DNA from: Octopus sinensis
Taxonomy: Eukaryota
Assembly: GCF_006345805.1 (NCBI RefSeq)
Contig: NC_042997.1
Coordinates: 170,624,001 to 170,688,000 of the forward strand
DNA: 64,000 bases
Direction of reading: 5' to 3'
Shown here: positions 48,091 to 61,868 of the stretch, in pieces
Layout: the number at the start of each line of letters is the position of its first letter
How positions within the stretch are numbered: position 1 is the stretch's first letter
Position numbers and translations under genes: made by a program
Notes under the pieces: model-generated
Database searches by the model: none
What the model saw: the letters and a program-made list of their open reading frames with translations, nothing else
What the model was told of the DNA's origin: nothing

Positions 48091-50059
48091 AAATTGAGGT
48101 GGCAGAATTGTTAGCATACTGGGAAAATTACTTTGTAACATTTCATCTGTTATTATGTTCTGAGTTCAAATTCCACTAGAGTTGATTTTGCCTTTCATTC
48201 TTTCAGGATGAGTTCATTCTTGATCCATTTTATTCATTCCTGCTGGATCCAGTTGTCGATTACTTTTAGCAGACAATTTTTCCACATTTCCAGTTTAAAG
48301 GTAACTCTTTTTTCTTATACCATTCTAAGAGGCACTGAACAAAAGTTGGAGGAGATTGAGTAATAATCATGACCAAGCCATTAAAAAAAAAATACAGTAG
48401 TAACACTCCCAAAAAATGCTTCAACATTACAACTTATTATTTCTACTCTCTTAAGGTAGTGACCTGTGAAAATCATTGACACATTGGACAAAATGCCTTG
48501 TGGCATTTCATCTGACATGTTACATTCTAAGATCAAATTCAGCTGGGGTAACTTTTGTCTTTCATCCCTTTGGGTTGATAAAATAAAGTACCACTCAAGC
48601 ACAGGGGCAAATGTAATTAATTTACCTTCTCTCCTCAAAACTGCTGATTCAGTAGCATATCTAAGGAGGGTAAGTGAATGCAGATCACCTTGGGCTATGC
48701 TTTTTGAGGGAGGGGCACTTTTGAGTTAGTTATATAAGCATGCATAGGCAGCAGATGCAAAGGGTGGAGTGACAGACACAAGGGATACTCTGGGCAGTAC
48801 ATATTCTAGCAATGCCACTGATGGCATTGTGCCAATATTAGAAAGAATTATTTCCCCACTTCTCTCTTGAAACAAAATGAAGTCTTTTATACCTAATTTT
48901 AAAAAATTCAAGAAAAAAGATAGAACAAGGGGTTAAATTTATGGCAAGCCAAGACAGCAATGTAATCTGGATTATTATTTGAAGCTGTTTCACTACATTT
49001 TCACCTCTACTACTCTTATTTCTCTTTCCATTCTTTCTCTTTCCATTTATCCCTTTCCTCACAAAAATATAGGGTCTTTGAACTTAATCGAAAGGAAATC
49101 AATAATGGAATCACAAAGGTTTGTAATGTAATCTGTCATAATTAGTTACATGTAATAGCCATGGTAACAGATTCAAGCCTAAATGATCATAAACAATTTC
49201 AATAGTTTTTTTTCTTAATATTAAAGTAACATTAAAGTAATGTTGGATACACACACTGGTTAATATTCGTTAAATGTTATAACCAAAAATGTTGCTAATA
49301 ATAAAAATGTAGTTTTGTAATTAAAGGAAATGGATTTCTCTGGAATTTATTAATGTTTTGCCATTAACCTTTATGAAATATTAATTGTTTATTTTTTGAT
49401 GTTTTCATTTACAAAGCAGTTTTTTTCCCCCCTCTCTTGTTTGGAACCAGTTTTCCCTTTGTTGTTGTTATGGCGTTAACTCACTTGGTTAACTTTTATA
49501 ATGCTTTCAGGTTTCATTTTATGACATAAAAAGTTCTGGTGGCCAAAGTTTATTTTGCATGTTATAATCACTACACCATCTGGACAAAAACTTAAGAACA
49601 TTGTCAGCATATGAATAAACTGCTAAAATTTTAATGTAAATTATGTACCCGTATACAGTGAGATGTCATTGGTGAGAAGTGTATTTGAATGATGACAGCA
49701 TAATTGCAGTTGATATGAAACACAAGAAAATAAAATTGAAGTGATACTGGTTAATTTCTTAATCCAACTTTAAGAGCATCAAAGCCATTAACTTATAATG
49801 ATGGATGATATTTAGATTTTTTTAAAGCATAGTTATTCAACAGTGGTTGTTTTTAGTGTGGAAGTACAATTAGGAGGGGCTGCTGATCATAGAGAATGCA
49901 TGGGATAAAGAAGGGCAACCTCATTCTGATCCTACAAAGGGACCAGCAATTCAAATTGGCAGCAGCATGGTAGATTAAGTGATCAAAGATGTGAAGAAAG
50001 GGGTAAGCTATGGGGTCATCAAGAATAGGTGGAGAGATGCTCAAAATATTCAGTGAGTT

Positions 50060-50770
50060 AGGGTACTACCCAAATAGTTATTGAAGTTATACAAGAAGAA
50101 GTTGTACCCAATAACTGGTGTTGCAGTATCATCATAAACCACTACAAAGGCAAAGGAGAAGCCTTAGAGACAAGTAGCTGTGAGCCAAGGTGATGAAGGT
50201 CACAGAGAGAATCATAGCATACTAGATATGATGCAGTTCAGCTTTATGCCTGGAAGAGTTACCACAGATGTAATCTTCTTGAGGAAGCAACTGCAGGAGA
50301 AATACTTAGCTAAGAGTAAGCCATTATTCCTGGCATTCATTGACTTGGAGAAAGAATGATGGTTCCATGTGCAGTAATTTGGTAATTACTAAGGAAAGTA
50401 AGTGTAGATGAATGGCTTGTGAGAGCTGTACAAATTATGTACAAAGACAAAATAATACATTGACTTCAATGATAAATTTTGTTTGGGGATTGGAGTACAT
50501 CAAGGTTCAGTCTTCAGCTCCCTTCCATTCATTATATTTTTACAGGTTATCACAAAATAGTTTAAGACTGGATGTCCATGGGAACTCCTATAAACGGATG
50601 ATCTAGTTCAAAAGTATAGCATCCAGCTTTTTTTCTGTTGGAGTGCAGAGCAGATTGTATGATGCCTGTATTAGAACTGCAATGCTACATTGTAATGAGA
50701 CATGGACTTTCAATGCTGAGGATTTGAGAAGATTGGAAAAAAAAAAATGAAAAGGGCATGCTCCATTGGA
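50060..50770 (+). pseudogene. RTE LINE reverse-transcriptase fragments, internally deleted
   Basis: YKGKGEAL..MQFSFMPGRVTTDVIFLRKQLQEKYLAKSKPLFLAFIDLEK..RLYDACIRTAMLHCNETW. Confidence 0.88.
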
Positions 50771-50811
50771 TGTACACTGCAACTGTGCATAAATGATATG
50801 GTATATATATG

Positions 50812-50886
<75 letters not shown>

Positions 50887-51045
50887 TACACTCATGGGGT
50901 GGTTGGTATTAGGAAGGGCATCCAGCTGTAGAAACATTACCAGATCTGACTGGCCTGGTGCAGCCTTTGGGCTTTCCAGACCCCAGTTGAATCGTCCAAC
51001 CCATGCTAGCATGGAAAGCGGATGTTAAACGATGATGATGATGAT
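50887..51045 (+). mobile_element. RTE LINE 3' tail (family D)
   Basis: Conserved tail plus (GAT)n; likely the same element as 50060-50770. Confidence 0.85.
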
Positions 51046-51103
51046 ATATTTATATATATATATGTGTGTGTGTGTGTGTGCATGTATATATATATATATA
51101 TAT

Positions 51104-51187
<84 letters not shown>

Positions 51188-51548
51188 CATATATATGAGA
51201 AACAAATTGCATAATCAAATTTAAGATAGAGATAGAATGGCAGGTGTTTTGAAGGGTGATTAGTAACATGGTCATCAACCTGAGTGATATGGAGTTATCT
51301 TAACAACATTATAAACCCTAGTGCAAAGTAATCCAACATGGCCCCATCTTATTTTACTCTTTTTATTATTACTTATATACCCTGTTACCCCTAAAGAAAG
51401 ATTAACCCACCAATTAATATTTCTAGTTTAGTCATTTACTCAATGGCCTGAAATATTACACAGCAAAATGGTATGATTCAAATATATTAAGCCTTCATTC
51501 CTCTTCTCAAGGTTCTTCTACTTTTCTTTTATTTTATGTATTTTTCTT

Positions 51549-51675
51549 CACACTGATGAAGCTCCATATTCCAGATCGGATGCATTACAAAATATGATGA
51601 ATATTATTTTCGGGATTTTCTTTGGCAACACTGTAGGATATATTGGAAGCAGAAACGGATGTTAGATGAAATAAA
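51549..51675 (+). ncRNA. Decayed hammerhead-like Penelope-type terminus
   Basis: CTGATGA-A-GCTCCATAT..ATATTGGAAGC-A-GAAAC GGAT GTT, then AATAAA at 51669. Confidence 0.4.
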
Positions 51676-52835
51676 GTTTTGTATTAAAAAATAATAATCA
51701 ATGGTAGTCAATTGTTGCGGATTAGGATTTCTCCATTTTCTGCTTAATTTAAATTATATATATATATATATATATATTCATACATATATAATGTTGAGAG
51801 AGCATGAGAGAATGTGGTGATGTTGATTATGAATGCCAGCAACATGGATAAAGGTAAATAACTCAGGACAACATTCTGAGTGGTCAGTACAAATATCATA
51901 GAGTATACCATATGTAATACAAGAAAGGAATTGACCTTTTGTCTTAATGAAAATTTTCAAATCGTTACATTACATACATGAAATCCTACAGCATATATAT
52001 TTAGTATATAGAATGCTCCCCTGAGATAATTTTCCCCAGGCTTTTTTTATTGTTGCTTGTCTTATTCAGTGTCTTTATATTTCTTCTTTTTCTGCACATG
52101 TTGGACCATTCTTTGTCTTTTCAACTAAATTTAACATGCTTCACTGAGGAATACTAATAAGACAGAACCATGTCCACTGCTTTCAGCTGTTTGACAAGTT
52201 CTATACTAATCTGCATTGTTTTGCACTATCCAAGAATTTCAGTTAACTAAACTTATAGTTATGTGCCTTGCATGTTGCTTTTAGATTTTAAACAAATCTA
52301 CAGAGCTGTAATTTTTTGTTTATTAGCTATTTGGATAATATCAGATGGTTGAAGTTTTTTGTTTTAACTCAGAACATATGCTGTGCTCAAAAATTGTGCT
52401 TCTGAAACTTTCTTCGACAATTCATTTGCTAACATTTTTTTGTTGCCCTTATGTCAGAAAATTACCATATAAAATTGTTGTTGACAGGTTGATTACCATT
52501 AAAAGATGACTTGTATATTAATCATTTCATCAATATAATATGGAATGCCAAAACAAAATTTTGGCCTCTAATATTACCAGATGATTTACACACAGTAAAA
52601 ACTGAAAATATTCTTTGATTTTCATATACACCCCAGAGCTATCAGTTAAAACTTATCTATCTATTCTAATTTATAATTGTATTTTCTATACTTTCACACA
52701 CACACACACGTGCACGCATGCACACACACAGACAGACACACTTGCACACAGACAGACACACTCGCACACAGACAGACACACTCGCACACATGTTGATTTC
52801 TCTGCTTACATATAATTTTGTACATGTCTGTTTAA

Positions 52836-53024
52836 CCCTTTTGATTCCAACCTGGCTCGTTTTCAAAAGTTCTAAATTAAAATCTTCCACCAAACTTTAG
52901 TCACAATTTATGTTCCTAATACTAGCTTAATGATAACTAAGTTATTTTACTAATTTCTTTGATATATTTAAAATTAATTGAAAGAAACACAGAGCATCTC
53001 AACAGAAATATGATAACAAAAGGG
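52836..53024. mobile_element. piggyBac-type MITE
   Basis: TTAA-CCCTTTT...AAAAGGG-TTAA; internal-deletion relative of 19109-19330. Confidence 0.85.
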
Positions 53025-53659
53025 TTAAATACATGAGTAGACTATGAGATTAACAAATGTCACTTATAGCTAGAATTGACAATTTCAAGCCTGTACATTT
53101 GCAAACATATGTAGACAGAAGTCAGCATTATCTAATGCCACAGGTGCAGTGGCTGTCTTTATTGCATGTATGGAAATACCCATAAGGATTTGGTTGCCCA
53201 AGGCTAAAGTAAAAAACACTTGTTGAAGGTGCCACACACTAGGATAGAATCTGAAATTATGCAGGTTTTGAAGTGTGAAGTCTCTCACAATGTTGGTGGT
53301 GGCGGTGATGGTGGTGGCAGTGATGGTGGTGACAGTGATGGTAGTAGCGGCGATGGTGGTGGCGGTGATGGTGGTGGTGGTGATGGTGGTGGTGATGGTA
53401 GTGGTGGATATGGTGGTGGTTTTAGTGATGATGTTGACGATGTCGATAAAAATGACGATGGCATGATGGTAGTGGTGGTAGTAGTAGTATTGATGCTTTT
53501 GGTGATGATAACACAGGTGATCACTTTGCAAAAAAATTGGCAAAGCTACAGTTGGCTTCAGGAAGCTCAGACCCACCTGGGAATAACAGACTTTGTCTAC
53601 AAACACAAAACTTGGGATCTTTTATATGAATATGTGCAAAATATGGCGAATCACAAAGT

Positions 53660-54050
53660 TCTCTATCAACAGGCTTGAAATGTTAGTCGCTAGAGTAACA
53701 TTTGAATGAAATGACAAGACAAATTCACAAACAAAGTTTTGTGGGAACAGGAGAAGCAACCGATCAAAACTGAGACCAAAAGGAGGAGATTGGGTTGGCT
53801 GGGTCACACTCTGTGGAAATCTATTTCCTACATTACAAAGTGAGATCTACAATGGACACTGCAAGGGAGATGCAAGCATGGCAGGCCAAAAAACATTATA
53901 GAGAAGGTCCTAAGAAACTAATGCACCAGCAGGTGGGTACACTTGAGAACAACTGCAATCCATTACCAAAGATTGAGACAGAAGGAAATATTTTGTTGGG
54001 TGCTAATGTTCCATTTGGAGTCAAAAGAATTAAGAAGAAGAACGCAAGAA
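53660..54050 (+). pseudogene. RTE-clade LINE 3' ORF fragment (second lineage)
   Basis: LWEQEKQPIKTETKRRRLGWLGHTLWKSISYITK*DLQWTLQGRCKHGRPKN. Confidence 0.75.
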
Positions 54051-56629
54051 TTGAGACAATTGAGTTTAATGCCATCGTAAAGAATGACTGTTGTTATAAG
54101 AAAGATAATGATGAGTAATTTTGAAGTGGGAATAGGGGATGTGTAATGATAATGATGGTGAAAATGATGATGAGGCTTATGGGGACAGAGATTATGGTAG
54201 TAGTGGTACTGATGATGGAGATTTTTTTTTTAGAGTAGTATGTGATTAAAGGGAAAATTGGCTGGTATTTCTAATAGGTTGAGTTACCATGTAAAAGTTT
54301 CCTTATGGGCTTATTGCAGCAACAGCAGCAGCAGAAACAACAACAACAACAACAACAGCAACAACAACAGCAGCAGCAGCAGCAGCAGCAGCAATATCAG
54401 TGTTGTTGTTGTTGTTGATGATGCTTGGTCCCTTGATCCTCTGATGGCGACCTTTTCTCTGTTGTATGTGATAGATGTTATGTTGGTACTTGAGAACGTG
54501 TCTAGTTTTTATCAGATTGGTTAATTCATAATTAGTGTTATAATTATGTTACATTGTGGAATAAAGTTTTGGATACGTCTACAATTATGTCGTTGAATGT
54601 AAATAATGTAGTATAAATGAAGGGGATTTTGATAATGTTGAAGTCTGAAGATCATGGTTCTGTTTTTTAGTGGGAAGCTTGGGAGATTGTTTGACATATG
54701 GCTGCAGTGATCAGATGTGTAGAATAGCAAAGGTTATTCACTGAGTTGTTGTAGTGAGCTTTGTGAGATATATGGGTGTGTTGATTTGCGTTGCTCAGAA
54801 TAAAAAAAAAGGATTTGAAGATGCTGTTTTGTTACCCATGTGTTATCTGTACTGTTTTAGTACCAGGATTGCATATGCATAGATGAAAGTATGATGTATC
54901 TTGAGCTTGAATAGATAAATGTGTTTTGTTTTTTCTAATGTGTTTTTTTTCTCTTCAGTAACTAATCAAATTTCAATGTTTTGTTGCACAATCATATATC
55001 AATATGTTTGCTAATATTTTTGCTGGTATATATTGTCACAATGATCCTTCTTCAATCAGTTTAACTACCAGCAAGCTGAAACTCAAATTATGATCTGAGA
55101 AGTTTCAGCAATTAATAAAATACATATCCTCTAGATTGTCTTTAAATACTTTTCCCCTCATTTGCAAACACATTCGTTTACAAATCAACATACACATACT
55201 TACTGATATTTACATGCACATAAATGTATATGTAAATTTGATTTGCTTAATAATTCTTTCATCACTACTTTGACAAGCATTGTGAAGGTTATACTTTGTT
55301 GTGGAGGTCACAATAAGATTGGAATGTATTTGAAATTACTTCATACATGTCACTGGACAAAAATATTAGTAATTGAGTGATATTACTTTTTCTTGTGCTG
55401 TTTATATTTTTTCCATAGTTTTTAATGCTCTTGATATTAGAAATACTAACACAAACTTACATATATGTATATGAAAAATTAAAAAAAGCATTTGAATAAT
55501 TTTCTAGATGGCCATTATTTTGACTTCAAAACCTCTTTCAGATGAGAAATTCTCATTTTTGTTTTTAATGTGTCTAAATTCTTGACCCTTGATGTATGTG
55601 TTGATATATGTAACAAGACAAAATATTAACCTCAATATAATGTCTGAAATGAATTTTAATAGATACATGTCAACACAATGAAACTGGTATTCAAAATAGG
55701 GAAAAAAAAAAATTATGAATTATTATTTACAGTATTACATTTTTAGATTACTTCAAGGCCATAAGTTGTCAAATGTGAGACATATTCGATGAAATATAAT
55801 CTGATTTATGACTGATAAATATTTTATCAATCTCTGAATACAAGAAGATATAGGTTAATCATGGCAATATTTTAAAACTGCAAGCATAAAACACTAAAGA
55901 GACATAAATAAATATTGTTAAGCATTTAATATTGTTTATAATGTAGGCATAAGACTTGCAGGATGTTAGTTTATTAAATGGACTCCAATTCTTGATAGGT
56001 ACTTTGCTTTATCATTCTTGCAGGAGTGAAAAGCAAAGTTGACTTTAGCTGAATTAAAGACTCAGAACAAAGAAGTGTAATGAAATACCACAAGGTATTT
56101 TCTTTGATGCTCTAATGATTCTGCCAATCTGCTACCCTCATTATGCATTTATTAGTGGATTCTTATTTATTAGCAGAATTGTTAGTATGTCAGCTATAAT
56201 AATGCTGTGCAGTATTTATGTTCTAAGTTCATATGCCATGGTGGTCATCTTTGCCATTCATTGTTGCGGGCTGAATTAATTAATGCTTTAGCCAAGTAGA
56301 GGAGTTGATTGATTCAACTGCTCTGACCTTCTTGAAAATTTGTTGTCTTGTGCCATCAATGTTAGAAATCAAAATGGTGCTCTGTCATTTCCACTTTTCA
56401 CTGCTCTTATATGATTAGATATTGATTTCTAACTCAAAGACACAACCATACATTTTGGAAGAGGGTAAAGTGACGTAAATCAATTGCAGTCTTCAAATGG
56501 TGCTTATTTTGTCTCAGAGAGATGAAAATTAAAGTCAGACTTAACAAGATTTGAACTCAAAATGTAAAGGGAAGTTACTAAATACCACATTATATTCAGT
56601 TGGAAACTCTACTGATTCTGCTAATTGTA

Positions 56630-56830
56630 ATATTGGTTTCAAATTTTGGCACAAAGCCAGCAATTTCAGGGGAGGGTTAAGTCAAATACATTGACTCCAG
56701 TGTTCAACTGGTATTTATTTTATCCATCCCAAAAAGATGAAAGGCAAAGTCAGCCTCAGCGATATTAGAACTCAGAATGTAAAAACAGATGAAATGCTGT
56801 TGAGCTTGCTAACATTTCTGCCAGCTCATC
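56630..56830 (-). mobile_element. SINE family A, decayed
   Basis: Reverse complement of central domain and head. Confidence 0.7.
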
Positions 56831-57351
56831 CCCCCACCCTTCTGCCATCATAATATTAATTATTGATTTAAACTTAGGTTTAAAATGCTCACACTATATG
56901 CAGAAGATGTGTGTGTGTGTGTCACACACACAAGGTGCCAAGCAGTGGGACTGAACCTGGAACCATGTGGCTGGTAAGCAAGCTACTTACCACACAGCCA
57001 CTCCTTTGCCTGAATAAAAGAATTAAAATATGAATTAAGATAATAGTTAATTGCAATGGCAGCTACAGCAGTGTTCATTCTGGTGCACAGGTTATAGGTC
57101 AAAAAGAGCAAACCAGCTTAGTTTGAGGATAAACCAAAGGAATGGAGGAAGTATGTAATGTCTGTATAGGTTTGTTGAGTTTGCTCAGGGATTTGCAAGA
57201 AACTCTTGGCCCTTGAGTCACTTTAATAAGCTCCTGCTGATTAAAAACAACGAAGAAGTTCATACCTGCATACAAACATGCATGTATGCATTTATCTGTC
57301 TATCTACTTATTCATCTATCTATCTGTCTATATGTGTGCGTGCATATATAG

Positions 57352-57382
<31 letters not shown>

Positions 57383-57389
<7 letters not shown>

Positions 57390-57618
57390 TTCTTTACTAT
57401 CCACAAGGGGCTAAACACAGAGGGGACGAACAAGGACAGACAAAGGGATTAAGTCGATTACATCGACCCCAGTGCGTAACTGGTACTTAATTTATCGACC
57501 CCGAAAGGATGAAAGGCAAAGTCGACCTCGGCGGAATTTGAACTCGGAACGTAACGACAGACGAAATACGGCTATGCAGGTCGCCCGGCGTGCTAACGTT
57601 TCTGCCAGCTCGCCGCCT
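57383..57618 (-). mobile_element. SINE family A, full length, young
   Basis: CpGs retained; near-consensus. Confidence 0.9.
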
Positions 57619-57629
57619 TCATATATATA

Positions 57630-57781
<152 letters not shown>

Positions 57782-57794
57782 TATATGTATATAT

Positions 57795-58235
57795 AGGCAC
57801 AGGAATGGCTGTGTGGTAAGTAGCTTATTTACCAACCACATGGTTCAGGGTTCAGTCCCACTGCATGGCACCTTGGGCAAGTGTCTTCTACTATAGCCTC
57901 GGGCCGACCAAAGCCTTGTGAGTAGATTTGGTAGACGGAAACTGAAAGAAGCCCATCATATATATGTATATATATATATGTGTGTGTATATCTTTGTGTG
58001 TCTGTGTTTGTCCCCCCCAACATTGTTTGACAACCGATGCTGGTTACAAAGAATAAGTCCTTGGGGTCGATTTGTTCGACTGAAGGCGGTGCTCCAGCAT
58101 GGCCGCAGTCAAATGACCGAAACAAGTAAAAAGAGAGACACGTGTATCCACGTATGTTTTACATCTATTTGTGTATGACAAGACTCATATTGCATGCATA
58201 TGCCTCGTGTTCAATAAAGAACTATTATTATTATT
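57795..58235 (+). mobile_element. SINE family B with 3' extension
   Basis: Extension GAGACACGTGTATCCACGTATG..ATGACAAGACTCATATTGCAT..AATAAAGAACTATTATT shared with 7036-7495. Confidence 0.85.
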
Positions 58236-58489
58236 ATCATTGTTATTATTGTTCTTGTGATTGCTATTGTGGTTGTTGTTGTTGTTTTTATCATCATCAT
58301 CATCATTGTTGATGTTGTTGTTATTGTTGTTGCTGTTATCATGATTATTATTAGAAAAGCTAACAAATATAGCATAAGTTTTATGAATTCTATAAATGTT
58401 TATGTGAGTAGTTTATTATCCAATTAAAACTTTCACGTTACGTTTGCTAAAAGGCCATGAATGAATGAGTCATATTAGTGGCCATGGAT

Positions 58490-58527
<38 letters not shown>

Positions 58528-59217
58528 GTATGCGTGTGTGTGTACTTATATGTATTACATACATGTGTGCATATATGTATGTGTGTATATATATGTATAT
58601 GTATATGTATATATATAATAGTATGTGTGTGTGTGTACATATATGTATTATATATATGTGTGTGTGTGTATATATATATGTATGTGTGTATATATGTGTA
58701 TATATATATATATACATACATATACATATATACATATACATTCGTACATATGTATGTATGAATATACATATGTGCTTATATATGTATGTATACATATCTA
58801 TATGTATATATAAATATATATTAATATATATGTGTATATATATATATATATATATTGAGAGAGAAAGAGATAGAGAGAGAGAGAGAGAGAGGAGACAGAG
58901 AAAGGAAGAAAGAGAGAGAATGGGGAAAGAAACTTAAAGTTGGCACAGAAAAATTTACTGCAGTCCTGCATGAAACAACAACAACAACAACAACACCAAC
59001 ACCAACAACTACAACAATATTATAGGGAAGGAAAAAGCAGAAAAAGAAAATAAAAGAAAAAAAATGTCAATAATATAATACAATTACTACTTCATATAAA
59101 TAAAAAAAAAAGAACTCACAAAAAGCAAAACAAAACAAAACAAAACGTGCTTCTTTTTCCGCACAATTATTGCTGTTTCTTGTGCTATGTATCACAAGAT
59201 CAAAGATAAATGCTTAC

Positions 59218-59395
59218 ACCAAAATGGAGGCTGTGGTGATAGAGGTGATGATTGCAGTGGTGGTGGTGGTGGTGGTGGTGGTGATGATGGCAAGAGAAAA
59301 GGCCAGATGTGAGAGAGCGGTGTGGAGAAATGAAGTCTCATTGAATGAAGAGATTTATCTATACACTACATGCAGAATGGATGAATTGAGTGACT
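59218..59395 (-). other. Candidate first exon
   Basis: Runs from the Inr to donor GT|GTAAGC at 59218/59217; ATG at 59341 is open to the donor (MRLHFSTPLSHIWPFLLPSSP8LQSSPLSPQPPFW). Confidence 0.35.
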
Positions 59396-59477
59396 GAATG
59401 AAAGAATAAAATAATCGATATATTTATATATTTATTGGTTGTGCGGAGGATAACTGTAAAGGGGGGGGGGGCGGGCA
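59392..59477 (-). promoter_or_regulatory. Candidate Pol II core promoter (GC box, CCAAT, TATA, Inr)
   Basis: Minus: GC box (plus GGGGCGGGC ~59468-59476), CCAAT 59438-59434, TATAAATA from 59428, Inr TCAGTC 59397-59392. Confidence 0.45.
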
Positions 59478-59505
59478 CTGCTCAAATTTAAGGTGCATAG
59501 TAACA

Positions 59506-59639
<134 letters not shown>

Positions 59640-59689
59640 GTCTGTCTGTCTGTCTGTCTGTCTGTATGTATGTCTGTCTCTCTCCATAG

Positions 59690-59868
59690 TGGCAGGAGTG
59701 GCTGTGTGGCAAGAACCTTGCTCCCAACCACATGGTTCTGGGCTCAGTCCCACTGTGTGACACCTTGGACAAGTGTCTTGTACCATAGCCTCAGGCTGAC
59801 CAAAGCCTTGTGAGTGGACTTGGTAGACAGAAACTGAAAGAGGCCTGTTGTGTATATATGTATGTATG

Positions 59869-59899
<31 letters not shown>

Positions 59900-60990
59900 T
59901 GTGTGGTGTGTGTGTGTGTGTGTGTGTGTGTAGTGAATCTTGCTGGCATGAAGTGGATTCGATCCACCATAGCCAAATTTAAATTAACACTTCAACAGAA
60001 CTTTTCTCACTGTGCAACAATGTTTTTTTCTGTGACAGCAGTTTTACATTTTCCAGATGCCTTAGCTAGGACAAAATAAAGTCTTCACCACTTGACTGTT
60101 CTAACCTCTTCTATTTCACCAAAAGCTGGAATTAAGATTACAAGACCAGCAACTAAATCTATTGTTCTCAATGATATGTATATTCTTCTGGATAGTTATA
60201 AAAGCAAGAACCCCCAGCAAAAATCAGTTAATCACTTGGTGACAACTCAGTCACTTGGTGACAATTCAGTTAGTTAGTTGGTGACAACTCTCAAGTTGAG
60301 AGAGAGCTGACATCAGTTAGTGAACCGACCTCTAGAAAAATGGCCACAAGCAGACAGACAAACGGCCTGAAAAAAAGAAAGAAGTTTAGATTCAGCGACT
60401 ATATGAGACTCAACTTCCCACACTCTCTCACTTTCACTAACTCACTTAGTCTTCTCTGCACATTAACATATCTCTCTCTATGGTTTACTACTACGATAAG
60501 AACGTACAGGCCGAAATTATCTTGTTTTACTTCACATGCTTTTGGATTTTATCACCTGCCCAATGAGGCAAGGCATATTCGATGTAACGGTAAATAAATA
60601 TTTTCTTCACAACTTCAATCAATGTTCTTTCATCTTTACATAACGACAATCAACGAAGAGCCAATCTTTACAAACTGATAATGACGCCGACATCTCATAT
60701 TATTGTTTACAATTTAATTTCAATCGTTACACTAATAGACCTCAACTGTTATACAAAATCATCGTTACACACACACACACACACGTGTGTGTGTGTCAGT
60801 GTTTGTCCCTCCACCATCACTTGACAACCGGTGTTGGTGTGTTTACGCCCTCATAACTTAATTGTATCGCAAAAGAGACTGATAGAATAAGTACAAGGCT
60901 TACAAAGAATAAGTCCTGGGGTTGATTTGTTTGACTAAAAGTGGTGCTCCAGCATGGCCACAGTCAAATGACTGAAACAAGTAAAAGAAT
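59690..60990 (+). mobile_element. SINE family B interrupted by an 841-bp insertion
   Basis: Head and CORE at 59690-59928; body resumes at ~60785 (GTGTTTGTCCC..CTTGACAACC..tail). Confidence 0.85.
59929..60769 (+). mobile_element. Probable solo LTR
   Basis: TGTAGTGA...TCGTTACA termini; TATAAAA 60197 with Inr TCAGTT 60224-60229; AATAAA ~60593; short direct repeats TTGGTGACAA. Confidence 0.6.
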
Positions 60991-61524
60991 ATATATACAC
61001 AATACATACATACATAAACACACATATACATATATACATTTATATATATATACATATACACACACTTATATATAGACATACATACATACATATATATATA
61101 TATATATGAATATATATATACACGTTTACCCCGCACACACATACACAGAGCTTCATAGATACTATGCGGTTTCTTGATTTGAGAGTTAGAGAAATCCTAC
61201 TCTAAAAGCTACTTCTTACATTTTGTTTTTATAAAATCTAACGCCACAGAGGTATTGCTCAAAAGAAATAATCATGGATTTCTTACCAGAGGCACAAACC
61301 TCACAAGAAGTAACATTGCACAGAACACTTAATTTTCATTAATGGTTTTAGCTAGGAAGAAGATGCAGTGATCCGTGACCCTTATTGACTTCTGGGATTG
61401 GAGAGACTGATTATAATTCCTGGAAAAACATGATTGAGAAGGAAAATTATAGAGGGTTGACGTCTGGGTATAAGATGCCCATAAAATAATAATTGGCGTA
61501 TATATATATATATATATATATAAG

Positions 61525-61556
61525 GATAATATCGATATTTAAATATCGATATTATC
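61525..61556. repeat. Perfect 32-bp palindrome
   Basis: GATAATATCGATATTTAAATATCGATATTATC. Confidence 0.95.
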
Positions 61557-61606
61557 AAGTAGCCAGCATGGGATTAAATACCATACAAAGGTAATAATTT
61601 TTTTAC

Positions 61607-61805
61607 AACTATAAATACGGGTATCTGAGAGACACCACCATGCCGAAATAGCAGTCAAAACCCTGACTTGAATTATCCAGTAAAATCTTTTTGCTAGTTT
61701 ATTTTGTCCCTCTGTCTATATGAACATTTTAGGTGGTTTTTAGAGTCAGGGTTTTGACTGCTATTTCGGCATGGTGGTGTCACTCAGATACCCTTATTTA
61801 TAGTT
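61607..61805. mobile_element. MITE-like element with 62-bp inverted arms
   Basis: 61607-61668 vs 61744-61805, two mismatches. Confidence 0.75.
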
Positions 61806-61829
61806 ACACACACACACATATATATACAT

Positions 61830-61868
<39 letters not shown>

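Noticed and set aside
48838-48890. PGRP-like FVSREKWG motif
   Set aside because: An in-frame stop follows within five codons; likely chance.
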